Shown here: piece after piece, positions 29,390-39,221 of the stretch
How the letters are laid out: the number at the start of each line of letters is the position of its first letter
Position numbering within the stretch: the stretch's first letter is position 1
Origin: an uncultured Mycoplasmatota bacterium
Lineage (GTDB): Bacteria; Bacillota_I; Bacilli_A; RF39; UBA660
NCBI GenBank assembly: GCA_946554325.1
Contig: CAMNSB010000003.1
Span: 1-47,111, forward strand
Length of the DNA: 47,111 nt
Reading direction: 5' to 3'
Position numbers and translations under genes: made by a program
Notes under the pieces: model-generated
Database searches by the model: none
The model's input: the letters and a program-made list of their open reading frames with translations, nothing else
Told to the model about the DNA's origin: nothing

Positions 29390-29700
29390 ATAAGATCTAA
29401 GGATTTCGATTTATAACATAATCCTGATAATTAGAATATCTCGTATAAAATATGATGAGTGGTATATCAAGCTCCTTACATATTTTTTTATCTTTAATCC
29501 CTTATCTGCCTTTTTTTCATACTAGGAGTCTTATCGTTGAGTTCAATTAACAATAAAACTTCAGAATAATCTCTTGAAAGAATAGCAAAATCAATATTCC
29601 GAATTTGTATTTTTAAGTTTGGTAGTAATAGACGCTAAATTAAGTTGAGGAACTATCTGATATTTAGATTCTAATGGTTTCAATATTGATTTATTATAGC
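29390..29700 (-). pseudogene. Decayed DUF2726-like (PD-(D/E)XK-type) gene
   Basis: Minus-strand pieces KYQIVPQLNLASI / RNIDFAILSRDYSEVLLLIELNDKT...RQIRD* / KICKELDIPLI, broken by a frameshift and stops. Confidence 0.65.
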
Positions 29701-30104
29701 ATAATGATAAAAGTTAGTAAATCTTAACTTCCTATAATATAGATTATGTTAACTTATTAAAATTAATATACACCACATCTTAATAATAATAAAATAATCT
29801 TCTTAATCATAATCATATATAATCTATATTCCTCTAAAGTAAATCACAATATTCTAAAATGTCATTTTCTTCTATGAATTGTAAGATTTCTTTTTTACAT
29901 CTCATAACTTCAGTTTTAGTCAGTTCATTAACTGACTTACTACCAAAACCATTTAATAGAATTCTATCTCTGTCATCATATTAATACTTCTCTTAGATTT
30001 ATATATGATTAATTATATAATTATTAAAATGCATTCTAAGCAATTTATCTTCTTCTATTAGTCGATAAGTTATCCATCTAAATTAACTAAAATACATCTT
30101 AATT

Positions 30105-30134
30105 GTATAAAATACTATTTCTATGCTCATAATA
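30105..30134 (+). promoter_or_regulatory. SigG-type forespore promoter
   Basis: GTATA-18 nt-CATAATA matches the SigG consensus. Confidence 0.55.
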
Positions 30135-30155
30135 GATAAAGAGAGGAGAAAAATT

Positions 30156-30374
30156 ATGAAAAAGAAAGATAATAATCAAACAATTAAATGTGACGTTGAA
30201 TCATGTAAATATAATGATGAAGAGGGGACTTGTGAATTAGAAGAAATACAAGTTGGCTGTGACTGTGATAACGATAAATGTGCATGTTCTGAAGAGACAG
30301 TATGTCAATCATTTGAAGAAAATGAAAATAAAACATCATCTGATGATAAAGAAGAAACAGAAGAAGAGAACTAA
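30156..30374 (+). CDS. DUF1540 Cys-rich small protein
   Basis: IKCDVESCKYN..G.C....I.VG...ETVCQSF; GAGGAG RBS. Confidence 0.85.
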   Translation: MKKKDNNQTIKCDVESCKYNDEEGTCELEEIQVGCDCDNDKCACSEETVCQSFEENENKTSSDDKEETEEEN

Positions 30375-30375
30375 G

Positions 30376-30402
30376 AAAAAGAGGGGACTACTCCCCTTTT
30401 TT
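30376..30402. terminator. Bidirectional terminator
   Basis: AAAAAGAGGGGA-CTAC-TCCCCTTTTTT between convergent genes. Confidence 0.75.
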
Positions 30403-31567
30403 AATTTAGTTCATCTAATATACTAATACCAATCTCTGGCAAATCCACTTCAAAATTATCAGCAATTGTAGCACCAATATTAGCAAAAGTATTAAATGGA
30501 CTTAAGCGTTTTGGTTCTAGGAAACTACGACTATATAAAATAACTGGCACATTCTCCCTAGTATGATCATTTCCAGGAAAAGTAGGATCATTCCCATGAT
30601 CTGCTGTAATAATTAATAAATCATCTGTTTCCAGCTTATTTAAAATCATAGGAATTTCTACATCTAACTCCTCTATCGCCTTTGCATAACCATCCACATC
30701 TCTAGTATGACCATATAGACTATCAAAGTCACTTAAATTAATCATACATAAACCAGTAAAGCTCTTATCCATAATATCAGTTAATTTATTAATTCCCTCC
30801 ATATTAGAAGTAGCCTTAATATTTTTATTAATTCCTTCCCCATCAAAAATATCATTTACTTTTCCAATAGCAATAACATTATAATTATTTTCTACTAAAC
30901 TATCTAAAACAGTCTTCTTAGGAGGCTTTATAGCATAGTCTTTCCTTCCATTGTGATTAAGTTTAAAATCCCCACTAACACCAGTAAAAGGCCTGGCAAT
31001 GACTCTCCCTACTCTCCAATCTTCTTTTAGTGTAATAGCACGAATCTTTTCACAATATTCATATAATTTAGACACAGGAATTACATCTTCATGTGCTGCA
31101 ACCTGTAAATCAGAATCTGCTGAAGTATAGACAATTAAAGAACCATAATTAAGCTGTCTTTCCCCTAATTCTGCAATAATAGACTCATCATTGCAACATT
31201 TATTACCAATAATACGACGTCCTGTCACTTCCTCAATACCAGTTAAAACTTCAGGTGGAAAACCATTATTAAATGTCTTAAAAGGAATATAATTCGTAAT
31301 GCCCATCATTTCATAATGTCCATTTAAAGTATCTTTTCCTGCATTATTCGGTTTTGCTATTGTATAATATGCTTCTACTTCTGTATTTTCTTTCATATTA
31401 ATCGTATCTAAAAAGCCAATCTTTTTCAAATTAGGAATAAACAAATCACTTTTTTCTTTAACATGTCCCAAAGTATTTGCCCCTACATCTCCATAATTAT
31501 TAGCATCACTCGCTTCCCCTACTCCTAAGGAATCCAAAATCATTACAAATATACGTTTAAATTTCAT
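30401..31567 (-). CDS. deoB: Phosphopentomutase
   Basis: ILDSLGVG, GKDT..GHYEM, YTSADS, RVIARPF, DFDSLYGH and TADHGNDP. Confidence 0.96.
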   Translation of the reverse strand: MKFKRIFVMILDSLGVGEASDANNYGDVGANTLGHVKEKSDLFIPNLKKIGFLDTINMKENTEVEAYYTIAKPNNAGKDTLNGHYEMMGITNYIPFKTFNNGFPPEVLTGIEEVTGRRIIGNKCCNDESIIAELGERQLNYGSLIVYTSADSDLQVAAHEDVIPVSKLYEYCEKIRAITLKEDWRVGRVIARPFTGVSGDFKLNHNGRKDYAIKPPKKTVLDSLVENNYNVIAIGKVNDIFDGEGINKNIKATSNMEGINKLTDIMDKSFTGLCMINLSDFDSLYGHTRDVDGYAKAIEELDVEIPMILNKLETDDLLIITADHGNDPTFPGNDHTRENVPVILYSRSFLEPKRLSPFNTFANIGATIADNFEVDLPEIGISILDELN

Positions 31568-31578
31568 AATTATCTCCT

Positions 31579-32466
31579 TTACTTATGATCTCTAGGATGA
31601 TAGGTATGATAATCTCCCCTTACCTTTTCATCACTAACATGAGTATATATTTTAGTCGTTGAAATATCAGAATGCCCAAGTAACTCTTGAATACTCCTAA
31701 GATCAGCCCCTCTACTTAACAAATGTGTAGCAAAAGAGTGCCTAAGGGTATGAGGAGAAACACAAGAATTTAATCCTTTTTCTAATAGTATTTTTTTCAA
31801 AATTTTAAAGAAACCTTGTCTAGATATTTTCTCCCCTCTATTATTTAAAAACAAATAGTCATTATTCTTATTCTTTAATAATATACCACGTTTCTCTAAA
31901 TAGAGCTTTACATAATACATACTATACTCTCCTATTGGAATAATTCTCTCTTTTCTGCCTTTTCCTACAATTCGAATAATACATGATGTATAATCTAAGT
32001 CAAAAACTTTTAATTCAACTAATTCTGAAATTCTAAGACCAGTTCCATATAATAATTCTAGCATAGCTTTATTACGATAGTCAAATGGAGTATCTAGTGA
32101 AATATCCAAAAGAAGGTCCACGTCTTCTACACTTAAAGTTTTAGGAAGGCGTTTCTTTAGTTTTGGTCTACTAATACTACTAGCAATATTTTCTGTTATA
32201 ACGCCACTTTTTTCTAGGTAAGAGAAAAAGTTTTGAATTGTGGTTAATTTATGAGCAATTGTAGTATCCGCTTTACCATTTTCTATTTCTTTTTTTAAAT
32301 GAGATTCTAAATCCTTCGTTGTTATGTTTTGAATACTAATATTTTTATCTAAATAAAGACATAACATTTTTAAATCATTTCGATAAGCATCAATGGTTGC
32401 ATTGGAAAGTCCCTTTTCAAAAGTACAGTAATTCAAAAAATCATCGATTGCATCTTGTATTCCCAT
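31579..32466 (-). CDS. xerD: Tyrosine recombinase XerD (RipX)
   Basis: LYGTGLRISEL, GKGRKER, SPHTLRHSFATHLL and LLGHSDISTTKIY; xerD-deoB synteny as in Bacilli. Confidence 0.9.
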   Translation of the reverse strand: MGIQDAIDDFLNYCTFEKGLSNATIDAYRNDLKMLCLYLDKNISIQNITTKDLESHLKKEIENGKADTTIAHKLTTIQNFFSYLEKSGVITENIASSISRPKLKKRLPKTLSVEDVDLLLDISLDTPFDYRNKAMLELLYGTGLRISELVELKVFDLDYTSCIIRIVGKGRKERIIPIGEYSMYYVKLYLEKRGILLKNKNNDYLFLNNRGEKISRQGFFKILKKILLEKGLNSCVSPHTLRHSFATHLLSRGADLRSIQELLGHSDISTTKIYTHVSDEKVRGDYHTYHPRDHK

Positions 32467-32559
32467 AAAATCACCACTTATATTATACAAAACAACTAGC
32501 AAAATTTCAAATCATCTAGGCTATAGATTTTAATCATAAATAGGAAAGAAATTTTAAAA

Positions 32560-32964
32560 TAAGATCTAATACTTAGATTTTTGAATAATAATAACGATTC
32601 CCAAAAAGAGAATAGAAAAGCCAATGACCATAAGCCTGCATAAGGAGCATCTTTACTTTTACAGTCTGCTGGATTCTTAGGATCATAATATATTTCTATT
32701 TTTGTCCTTCATGCATTTCTGTATAATATAGATCAAGTAATTCATCATGAATGACATCATTTACTTTATAGGTTATATATACATAGTAAGTTGGACTATC
32801 ATCCGAAGCACTTTCATAGTGAGAATCTATTTTTGTAATGAGCGTTTCTGTTGTGGAAGCACTTTTTATAAATTTCATATTGTTAATCTGTATACCCCCT
32901 ATTACGAGTACTAGTATTCCTACACCTGAAAATATAATCATACCTAATTTTTGATCCTTTTCAT
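32560..32964 (-). pseudogene. Frameshifted DUF3592-like membrane protein
   Basis: TM-beta-TM layout. ...YYTEMHEGQK* continues in another frame as IEIYYDPKNPAD; the 5' end is also frameshifted. Confidence 0.55.
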
Positions 32965-33259
32965 CTCCATTTTCAATTTCACTTGAAATATGAAATATAT
33001 ATATCTTCTTCATTTTGATAGACTGGATGCCGTCCTTTGATATAACGAACAAATTTAGGAATAAAATTGAATATTGGAATGATGAATAAGATAGCAAATA
33101 GGAGTAAAATTGGGCTTTCTGTCAATATTTTAAAAAAGGGCATACTTCTTTCCCCTTCCTTTCAAAGTGATATAAATATCCCTATGCTATAACTATTATA
33201 AGAATATTATTCTCTTTAAAATATCAAAAAAAAATGATACTATATAGTTGGTGATCATT

Positions 33260-34480
33260 ATGGAAAAACCTTTAGCCTTAAAACTAGCCCCTAATTCTTT
33301 AAAGGAAGTACTAGGACAAAAACATTTAATTGGAAAAGATAAAATTTTAACAAATCTTGTAAAAAATAAAAAGATATTTTCTATGATTTTATATGGAAAA
33401 CCTGGAATTGGTAAAACATCTATTGCGAATGCTATGGTAAATGATTTAGGAGTACGATTTCGTTTTTTTAATGCTACTGTGAATAATAAAAAGGATTTTG
33501 ATATTATCATAGAAGAAGCTAAAATGTATGATGGTCTTGTTTTAATTATGGATGAAATTCATAGACTAAATAAAGATAAGCAGGATTTATTATTACCACA
33601 ACTAGAAAGTGGTCTAATTACCTTAATTGGTATGACAACATCAAATCCCTATCATGCAATTAATCCTGCCATTCGTAGTAGATGCCAGTTATTTGAATTA
33701 AAAGAATTGGAAACAGATGATATTATAAAAGGATTAAAAAGAGCTTTAAAGCATAAAGATTTAGAAGGAATAAAAGCAGATAAAGAGGCTCTTATCTATA
33801 TTGCATCTCTTGCAGGCAGTGACCTACGATTTGCTTATAACTTATTAGAAGTTGCATACTATACTACGGATGATAAACATGTTACGATGGAAAAAGTAAA
33901 AAAAATCTACTCAAAGCCTGCATTTTTTCATGATAAAGACGCAGATGGTCATTATGATATTTTAAGTGCCTTTCAAAAATCTATTCGTGGTAGTGATGTA
34001 GATGCTTCTCTCCACTACTTAGCAAGACTGATTATGGCAGGAGATTTAGAAAGCATTTATCGTAGAATGAGTGTCATTGCTTATGAAGATATCGGGCTAG
34101 CGAATCCCAGTATTGGTCCTAAAGTAGATGCCGCTATTCATGCTGCAGAACGTGTAGGACTACCAGAAGCAAGAATCCCCCTTGGCACCATTGTTACAGA
34201 AATGGCCCTATCTCCTAAATCTAATACGGCACACATTGCCCTAGATAAAGCATTAGAAGATATTGAAAAAGGAAATACTGGAAATGTTCCTAATCACATA
34301 AAAACAACATCCGCTGATTATAAATATCCCCATGACTATATAGGATGCTTTGTTAAACAGCAATATTTACCCGATAAGATAAAGAATGTAAAATATTATG
34401 AACCAAAAAACAGTGGATATGAGTCTACTATCAAACAAATATATGAAAAATTAGAAGCATTAAAAAAGAAAGGCAATTAA
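33260..34480 (+). CDS. rarA: Replication-associated recombination protein A (RarA/MgsA)
   Basis: GKPGIGKTS, DEIHRLNK.KQD.LLP, SAFQKSIRGSD, EDIGLA and YKYPHDY. Confidence 0.96.
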   Translation: MEKPLALKLAPNSLKEVLGQKHLIGKDKILTNLVKNKKIFSMILYGKPGIGKTSIANAMVNDLGVRFRFFNATVNNKKDFDIIIEEAKMYDGLVLIMDEIHRLNKDKQDLLLPQLESGLITLIGMTTSNPYHAINPAIRSRCQLFELKELETDDIIKGLKRALKHKDLEGIKADKEALIYIASLAGSDLRFAYNLLEVAYYTTDDKHVTMEKVKKIYSKPAFFHDKDADGHYDILSAFQKSIRGSDVDASLHYLARLIMAGDLESIYRRMSVIAYEDIGLANPSIGPKVDAAIHAAERVGLPEARIPLGTIVTEMALSPKSNTAHIALDKALEDIEKGNTGNVPNHIKTTSADYKYPHDYIGCFVKQQYLPDKIKNVKYYEPKNSGYESTIKQIYEKLEALKKKGN

Positions 34481-34484
34481 GCCT

Positions 34485-35432
34485 TTATATGTGAAGTAAA
34501 AATATATCAAACCCCAAAGTGGCATCTACCTGTCCACTTTTAATTTTATAATCTAAATCATGTAGTTTATGAATCATCTCTCTTAACTCACTTTCTTGGT
34601 AGAAAGGTAAAAACTCCAAAGTTTTTTGAATACGAAAAGGATGTTCCTTTAAATACTTAGCTATTTCATCTTTTTTCATTCCTTTTCTTTTTGCAAGTAA
34701 TACTTGATAAATTAGTTTTATTTGACTTTCAATAAGTCCAATCATAGAATGAGGTTCAAAGTGATATTCTTTTAATAATTCATAGTATTTAAAGATATTT
34801 CCCTTATCCCGATTTGCTAAATGTTTAACAAATTCAAATGCTAGTTGATCCATATCAGGTCTCTTCTTAATAACAACATCTTCAATATCCGAAACAGTAA
34901 TTTGACGAGTATCATATTCTAACATTTTTAACTTTTCGCATTCACATACAATTTTTGAAATATCCTCTTTACAATATTCTAATATTTTTTGTTCTGCTTC
35001 ACGAGATATTTGATATCCTTGAAGACATTCTTGCAAGATAGCTTTAGGAGTCACAGTAACAGGAATAAGGGAAACTATTTTTTTAATTTCTTTTACAATT
35101 TTCTTTCTCTCATCACATTTCATAACACTCATAATCAATAATACATCAGGACTTGGATTTTTCAAGTATTTCATGAGGTGTTCGATCTCTTCTTCTGAAA
35201 AAGAAGCATCACTTGTTGTTAAAAATAAGGCATTACGTATCACAATGACTTTACGAGGGCTTAGAAAAGAATAAGTATCCATATCCTCTAACACTCGTGA
35301 TAACGTACTGTCCTCTAAATCATAAGTGGAAACCTCTGCTTCTTGAAAATGATTTTGTTGGATCAAGGAAGAGATCTCTTTTTGTAAAGTAGTAAAATCT
35401 CCTCCCTCTATCAAATAGCAATGATTATCCAT
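34485..35432 (-). CDS. holA: DNA polymerase III delta subunit
   Basis: TYSFLSPRKVIVIRN, DERKK..K, HPFRI and DLDYKIKSG. Confidence 0.88.
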   Translation of the reverse strand: MDNHCYLIEGGDFTTLQKEISSLIQQNHFQEAEVSTYDLEDSTLSRVLEDMDTYSFLSPRKVIVIRNALFLTTSDASFSEEEIEHLMKYLKNPSPDVLLIMSVMKCDERKKIVKEIKKIVSLIPVTVTPKAILQECLQGYQISREAEQKILEYCKEDISKIVCECEKLKMLEYDTRQITVSDIEDVVIKKRPDMDQLAFEFVKHLANRDKGNIFKYYELLKEYHFEPHSMIGLIESQIKLIYQVLLAKRKGMKKDEIAKYLKEHPFRIQKTLEFLPFYQESELREMIHKLHDLDYKIKSGQVDATLGFDIFLLHI

Positions 35433-38115
35433 TTAAAATTTCCTCTTTAACCTCATGCAATAGAGAATCCAAATCTGCTCCATCACGAGTTCCACCTTGT
35501 GCGAAAGTATCGCTTCCTCCCCCATTACCATGGGAGAAAATAGAAACTTTTTTCATAAGATGACCCGCATGAACCAAACTGTTACTACGACAAATAAAGT
35601 TAACACTCCCATCTTCCTTCTGATTGGCAAAGAAGATAAGAATAGATCCATATTGATTGGCAATCTCATCGGCAATTGTTTTCAAAATATAATTATCCAT
35701 ATTCTCTACTTTCATAATTAGGAAAGAAAAATTCTCCCCTTTTTCTATTTTTTCACGATAAGGATCTAGATGAGCTAAAGTATGTTCTATCATACACTTT
35801 TGAAATTTCTTCTCAAGATCTCTAACTTCTGATTGTATATAAGAAAGTTCATTGGCATTAAAAATAATATCTTGATAAGTAGTAGGAGGGGTATTATCAA
35901 TATGAACATCAAAGTCTAGTAAAATTCCATTTTGAGCCGCTTTATCCAAAATTCCCTTTGACTTCATAAGGAGCTGAATCATCTCATCATTGTAAGGCTT
36001 AATCACTTCAAATAAGGTATTCTCAATTTTTCTTCCTGTAACAGCTTCTATTCGGTAAGTATTACTACCCTTAGACTCATAAGAAAAAATAGCAAACTTT
36101 TTAATATCTTTCGTATTACTAACATGAGTACCACCACAAAGTTCAATAGATTTTCCCATTTTAACAACGCGAACCATATCCCCATATTTTTCAGTAAATA
36201 AAGCCATAGCCCCCAACTGTTTTGCTTTATCGATAGGCATTACCTCAGTAGATACAATGAGCTGTTTTGAAATAAGGTCATTAACCATTTTTTCAACCTC
36301 CAAAACCTTGTCATCCGTAAGTTTAGAGGCATAGGTAAAATCAAGTCGAAGGCGTTCACTATCCACATAACTTCCTGCTTGATGCACACGATCTCCAAGT
36401 AATTTACGAAGAGCATAGTGAAGTAAATGTACACTAGAGTGATTTGCTTCAATAGCACGTCTTCTTTCTTTATCCACTACAATCTCACAATCATCTTTTA
36501 GTTCAATTACCCCATCCAGCAACTTAATTTTATGAATATGTTGGCCATTAGGTCCTTTAAAAACATCTAAAACACGAGCTTTAAAGTTTTTTCCAACAAT
36601 CATCCCAGTATCGCTCACTTGTCCTCCACTTTCTGCATAAAAACAAGTTCTCTTAAGGGCAATATACCCATCATGTTCTAACCTTTTTTCACACTTCTCA
36701 GAAGAGAAAATACCAATCACATTACTCTTAACTCGATAAAGTCCATAAACAAAGGTAGACTCCTTCGTAAAATCTATTAAAACCTGTTTATGACTAGCCA
36801 TAGCCGTTTTTGTCTTCGCATTTTTTAACGAAAGTTCTTTTTGCATCTGCATATATTGATTAAACTCTTCTCTACTAACAGAAAAATGATGCTCCATCAA
36901 ATATTCTTCTGTAAGTTCAAAAGGAAACCCAAAAGTATCATATAACTTAAAAGCATCCTCCCCAGAGATTTTATGATCTGAAGAGTTCTTCATAAGTTCC
37001 ATAAGACGTCTCTCTCCTGCTTCTAAAGTATTTAAGAATAACTTTTCTTCTTCCATAACAAGTGCTTCCACAACACCTCTATGTTCATCCAAGTAAGGAT
37101 AAGCATCTCTCATAATACTTACCACATCAGAGACTAAAAGATATAAAAATGGTTCTGTAAAGCCTAGTTTTTTTCCATAGCGTACACTTCTTCTAAGAAG
37201 ACGTCTAAGTACATAACCACGCCCCACATTTTCAAATACAGCACCATCTGAAAGGGCAAAAGTAATAGTTCTCATATGATCAGCGATTACTTTAAAAGCC
37301 GTTTGTCCCTCATAAAGGATACCAGTCATCTTTTCAAGTCGTTCAATAATAGGTAACAATAAGTCTGTTTCAAACGGAGTATCGACCCCTTGAAAAATAA
37401 TGCACCATCTCTCAAGACCAGCCCCAGTATCAATATTTTTATGAGGAAGTTCATGATATTTACTTCTAGGTGTATTTTTTCGTGCATTAAATTGGGAAAA
37501 AACATTATTCCATATTTCAATATAGCGTTCCTGTTCCTCATCTTTTTTAAACTTCTCTAAAGCATCCCCTGAAGGATCATAAGTCTCTCCTCTATCATAG
37601 AAAATCTCACTATCAGGACCACAAGGACCTTCCCCAATTTCCCAAAAATTCTCTTCTAGTCGAATGATATGATCTTCCCTCATGCCAAGGGAAAGCCACT
37701 TATGATATGCTTCATCATCGTCTGTATAAACAGTCACATAAAGCTTATCTAAGGGAATATCAAAATAATCCTTAGAAGTTAAAAGTTCATAAGCAAACTC
37801 AATAGCCTCTTCTTTAAAATAATCCCCAATAGAAAAATTACCCATCATCTCAAAAAACGTTAAATGTCTCTTAGTAACTCCAACGTTTTCAATATCATTT
37901 GTACGAATACACTTTTGAATATTAGTAATACGTTTAGACTCTGGAATCTCACTTCCATCAAAATATTTTTTTAAAGGTGCAACTCCTGCATTAATAAAAA
38001 GCAAACTATCATCATGAACAGGCACTAAAGAAGCACTCTCTTCTATTTTATGATTTTTATTTTTAAAATAAGAAAGCCACACATTTCTAATTTCATTATG
38101 ACTCATTTTTTTCAT
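35425..38115 (-). CDS. alaS: Alanine--tRNA ligase
   Basis: LLFINAGV, QKCIRTND, TFFEMMGNFS, IDTGAGLER, FYAESGGQ, ELCGGTHV and GGG..FAQGG. Confidence 0.98.
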   Translation of the reverse strand: MKKMSHNEIRNVWLSYFKNKNHKIEESASLVPVHDDSLLFINAGVAPLKKYFDGSEIPESKRITNIQKCIRTNDIENVGVTKRHLTFFEMMGNFSIGDYFKEEAIEFAYELLTSKDYFDIPLDKLYVTVYTDDDEAYHKWLSLGMREDHIIRLEENFWEIGEGPCGPDSEIFYDRGETYDPSGDALEKFKKDEEQERYIEIWNNVFSQFNARKNTPRSKYHELPHKNIDTGAGLERWCIIFQGVDTPFETDLLLPIIERLEKMTGILYEGQTAFKVIADHMRTITFALSDGAVFENVGRGYVLRRLLRRSVRYGKKLGFTEPFLYLLVSDVVSIMRDAYPYLDEHRGVVEALVMEEEKLFLNTLEAGERRLMELMKNSSDHKISGEDAFKLYDTFGFPFELTEEYLMEHHFSVSREEFNQYMQMQKELSLKNAKTKTAMASHKQVLIDFTKESTFVYGLYRVKSNVIGIFSSEKCEKRLEHDGYIALKRTCFYAESGGQVSDTGMIVGKNFKARVLDVFKGPNGQHIHKIKLLDGVIELKDDCEIVVDKERRRAIEANHSSVHLLHYALRKLLGDRVHQAGSYVDSERLRLDFTYASKLTDDKVLEVEKMVNDLISKQLIVSTEVMPIDKAKQLGAMALFTEKYGDMVRVVKMGKSIELCGGTHVSNTKDIKKFAIFSYESKGSNTYRIEAVTGRKIENTLFEVIKPYNDEMIQLLMKSKGILDKAAQNGILLDFDVHIDNTPPTTYQDIIFNANELSYIQSEVRDLEKKFQKCMIEHTLAHLDPYREKIEKGENFSFLIMKVENMDNYILKTIADEIANQYGSILIFFANQKEDGSVNFICRSNSLVHAGHLMKKVSIFSHGNGGGSDTFAQGGTRDGADLDSLLHEVKEEILNG

Positions 38116-38119
38116 TATT

Positions 38120-38683
38120 TTACTCCTCCTCCATACAATCTAATTCATTTAAAATTACTTTTAACCGTTCGTAATAATCATCCACAGTACCATTATTAAA
38201 AATGAAGTAATCTGCATAAGCAATAGGACCACCTTTCGCCAAATTTTCGATTTCTGAAATATCACGATATAAAATAGCATCTAATGAGAATGGCCGATCT
38301 ACTCTTTTTCCTACCCGTTCATAGCGTAAAGTTTTATCAGCAATAACACAAACTAATTTCAAATTAGGAAATTTTTCTATTAAATATTTATATTCATACC
38401 AAGAATAAAGTCCATCTAAAACAACATCATTTTCTTTTAAAGATTCGCATATATCTTTTTCTAAAAATTTAGCATAACACTCAGGGCCATGTTCATCTCG
38501 AAGTTTTTCTCGAAACTCTTTTTCACTCTTCCCATCAGCAGTCCGAACAACTCCTTGTTCTTCCATTAGTTTATAGGTAATACCACCAAAATAAAGTTTT
38601 ACCCAACCTTCATTCTCTAAATAATCAGTGGCAATACTTTTTCCACTTCCACTCATACCAACAACAGCGACTAATTTATTCAT
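38120..38683 (-). CDS. P-loop kinase (UPF0200/archaeal dephospho-CoA kinase-like)
   Basis: VVGMSGSGKS, VLDG and RD.SEIE...KGGPIA.ADY. Confidence 0.7.
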   Translation of the reverse strand: MNKLVAVVGMSGSGKSIATDYLENEGWVKLYFGGITYKLMEEQGVVRTADGKSEKEFREKLRDEHGPECYAKFLEKDICESLKENDVVLDGLYSWYEYKYLIEKFPNLKLVCVIADKTLRYERVGKRVDRPFSLDAILYRDISEIENLAKGGPIAYADYFIFNNGTVDDYYERLKVILNELDCMEEE

Positions 38684-39221
38684 TCTTACTTTCTCCTTCC
38701 TCTACAATCCGAAAAGCCTCCATTTTTAAACTTTCATCATTGCAATTTAGTACTTCAAAATCAAAATCATAGTATTGTTTTAGATCTTGTTCTGTAATAT
38801 GTCTTTTTTCTTTTTCAGTTAAAGAAGCATCATAATCTTTTCTTACTAAATGAATGGTAACAAGCGATGGATACTTAGTTTTTAGCTTCGTTATTTCTTC
38901 TAAAAGGCGCCCATCCGTAATAATACCAACATCGAAGAATTTATCTAAAATATGAATATCTTCAAAAAGTCTATTTAAAAGGAAATCAGGCATATGGAGT
39001 TCTTCTTTAATATATTCAATTCCCATCTGTTGAAGAAAACTGCGAGGTTTATCTTCTTCTTTTCCATTCCAACCAAAGTAATCATATGCGTAATGATATA
39101 GGGGTGAAGTAATTTTAAGAATACATACACGCTTTCCTAGTCGTTCCAATTCCTCTTTCATCATTTCCGCAAAGTAGTTTTTGCCACTATTGGCATAGCC
39201 AGCAATTAAATATAATTTCAT
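38676..39221 (-). CDS. P-loop nucleoside-monophosphate kinase-like protein (phage dNMP kinase/phosphomevalonate kinase-like)
   Basis: IAGYANSGKN, W.G.E..KPR.FLQ.MG, IITDGR..EE and HITE; GGAGGG RBS before ATG 39221. Confidence 0.7.
   Translation of the reverse strand: MKLYLIAGYANSGKNYFAEMMKEELERLGKRVCILKITSPLYHYAYDYFGWNGKEEDKPRSFLQQMGIEYIKEELHMPDFLLNRLFEDIHILDKFFDVGIITDGRLLEEITKLKTKYPSLVTIHLVRKDYDASLTEKEKRHITEQDLKQYYDFDFEVLNCNDESLKMEAFRIVEEGESKNE

Noticed and set aside
31579-32466. Tyrosine recombinase as a possible prophage/ICE integrase or shufflon invertase
   Set aside because: Its size, motifs and xerD-deoB synteny match housekeeping XerD. No att repeats or mobile cargo were seen.
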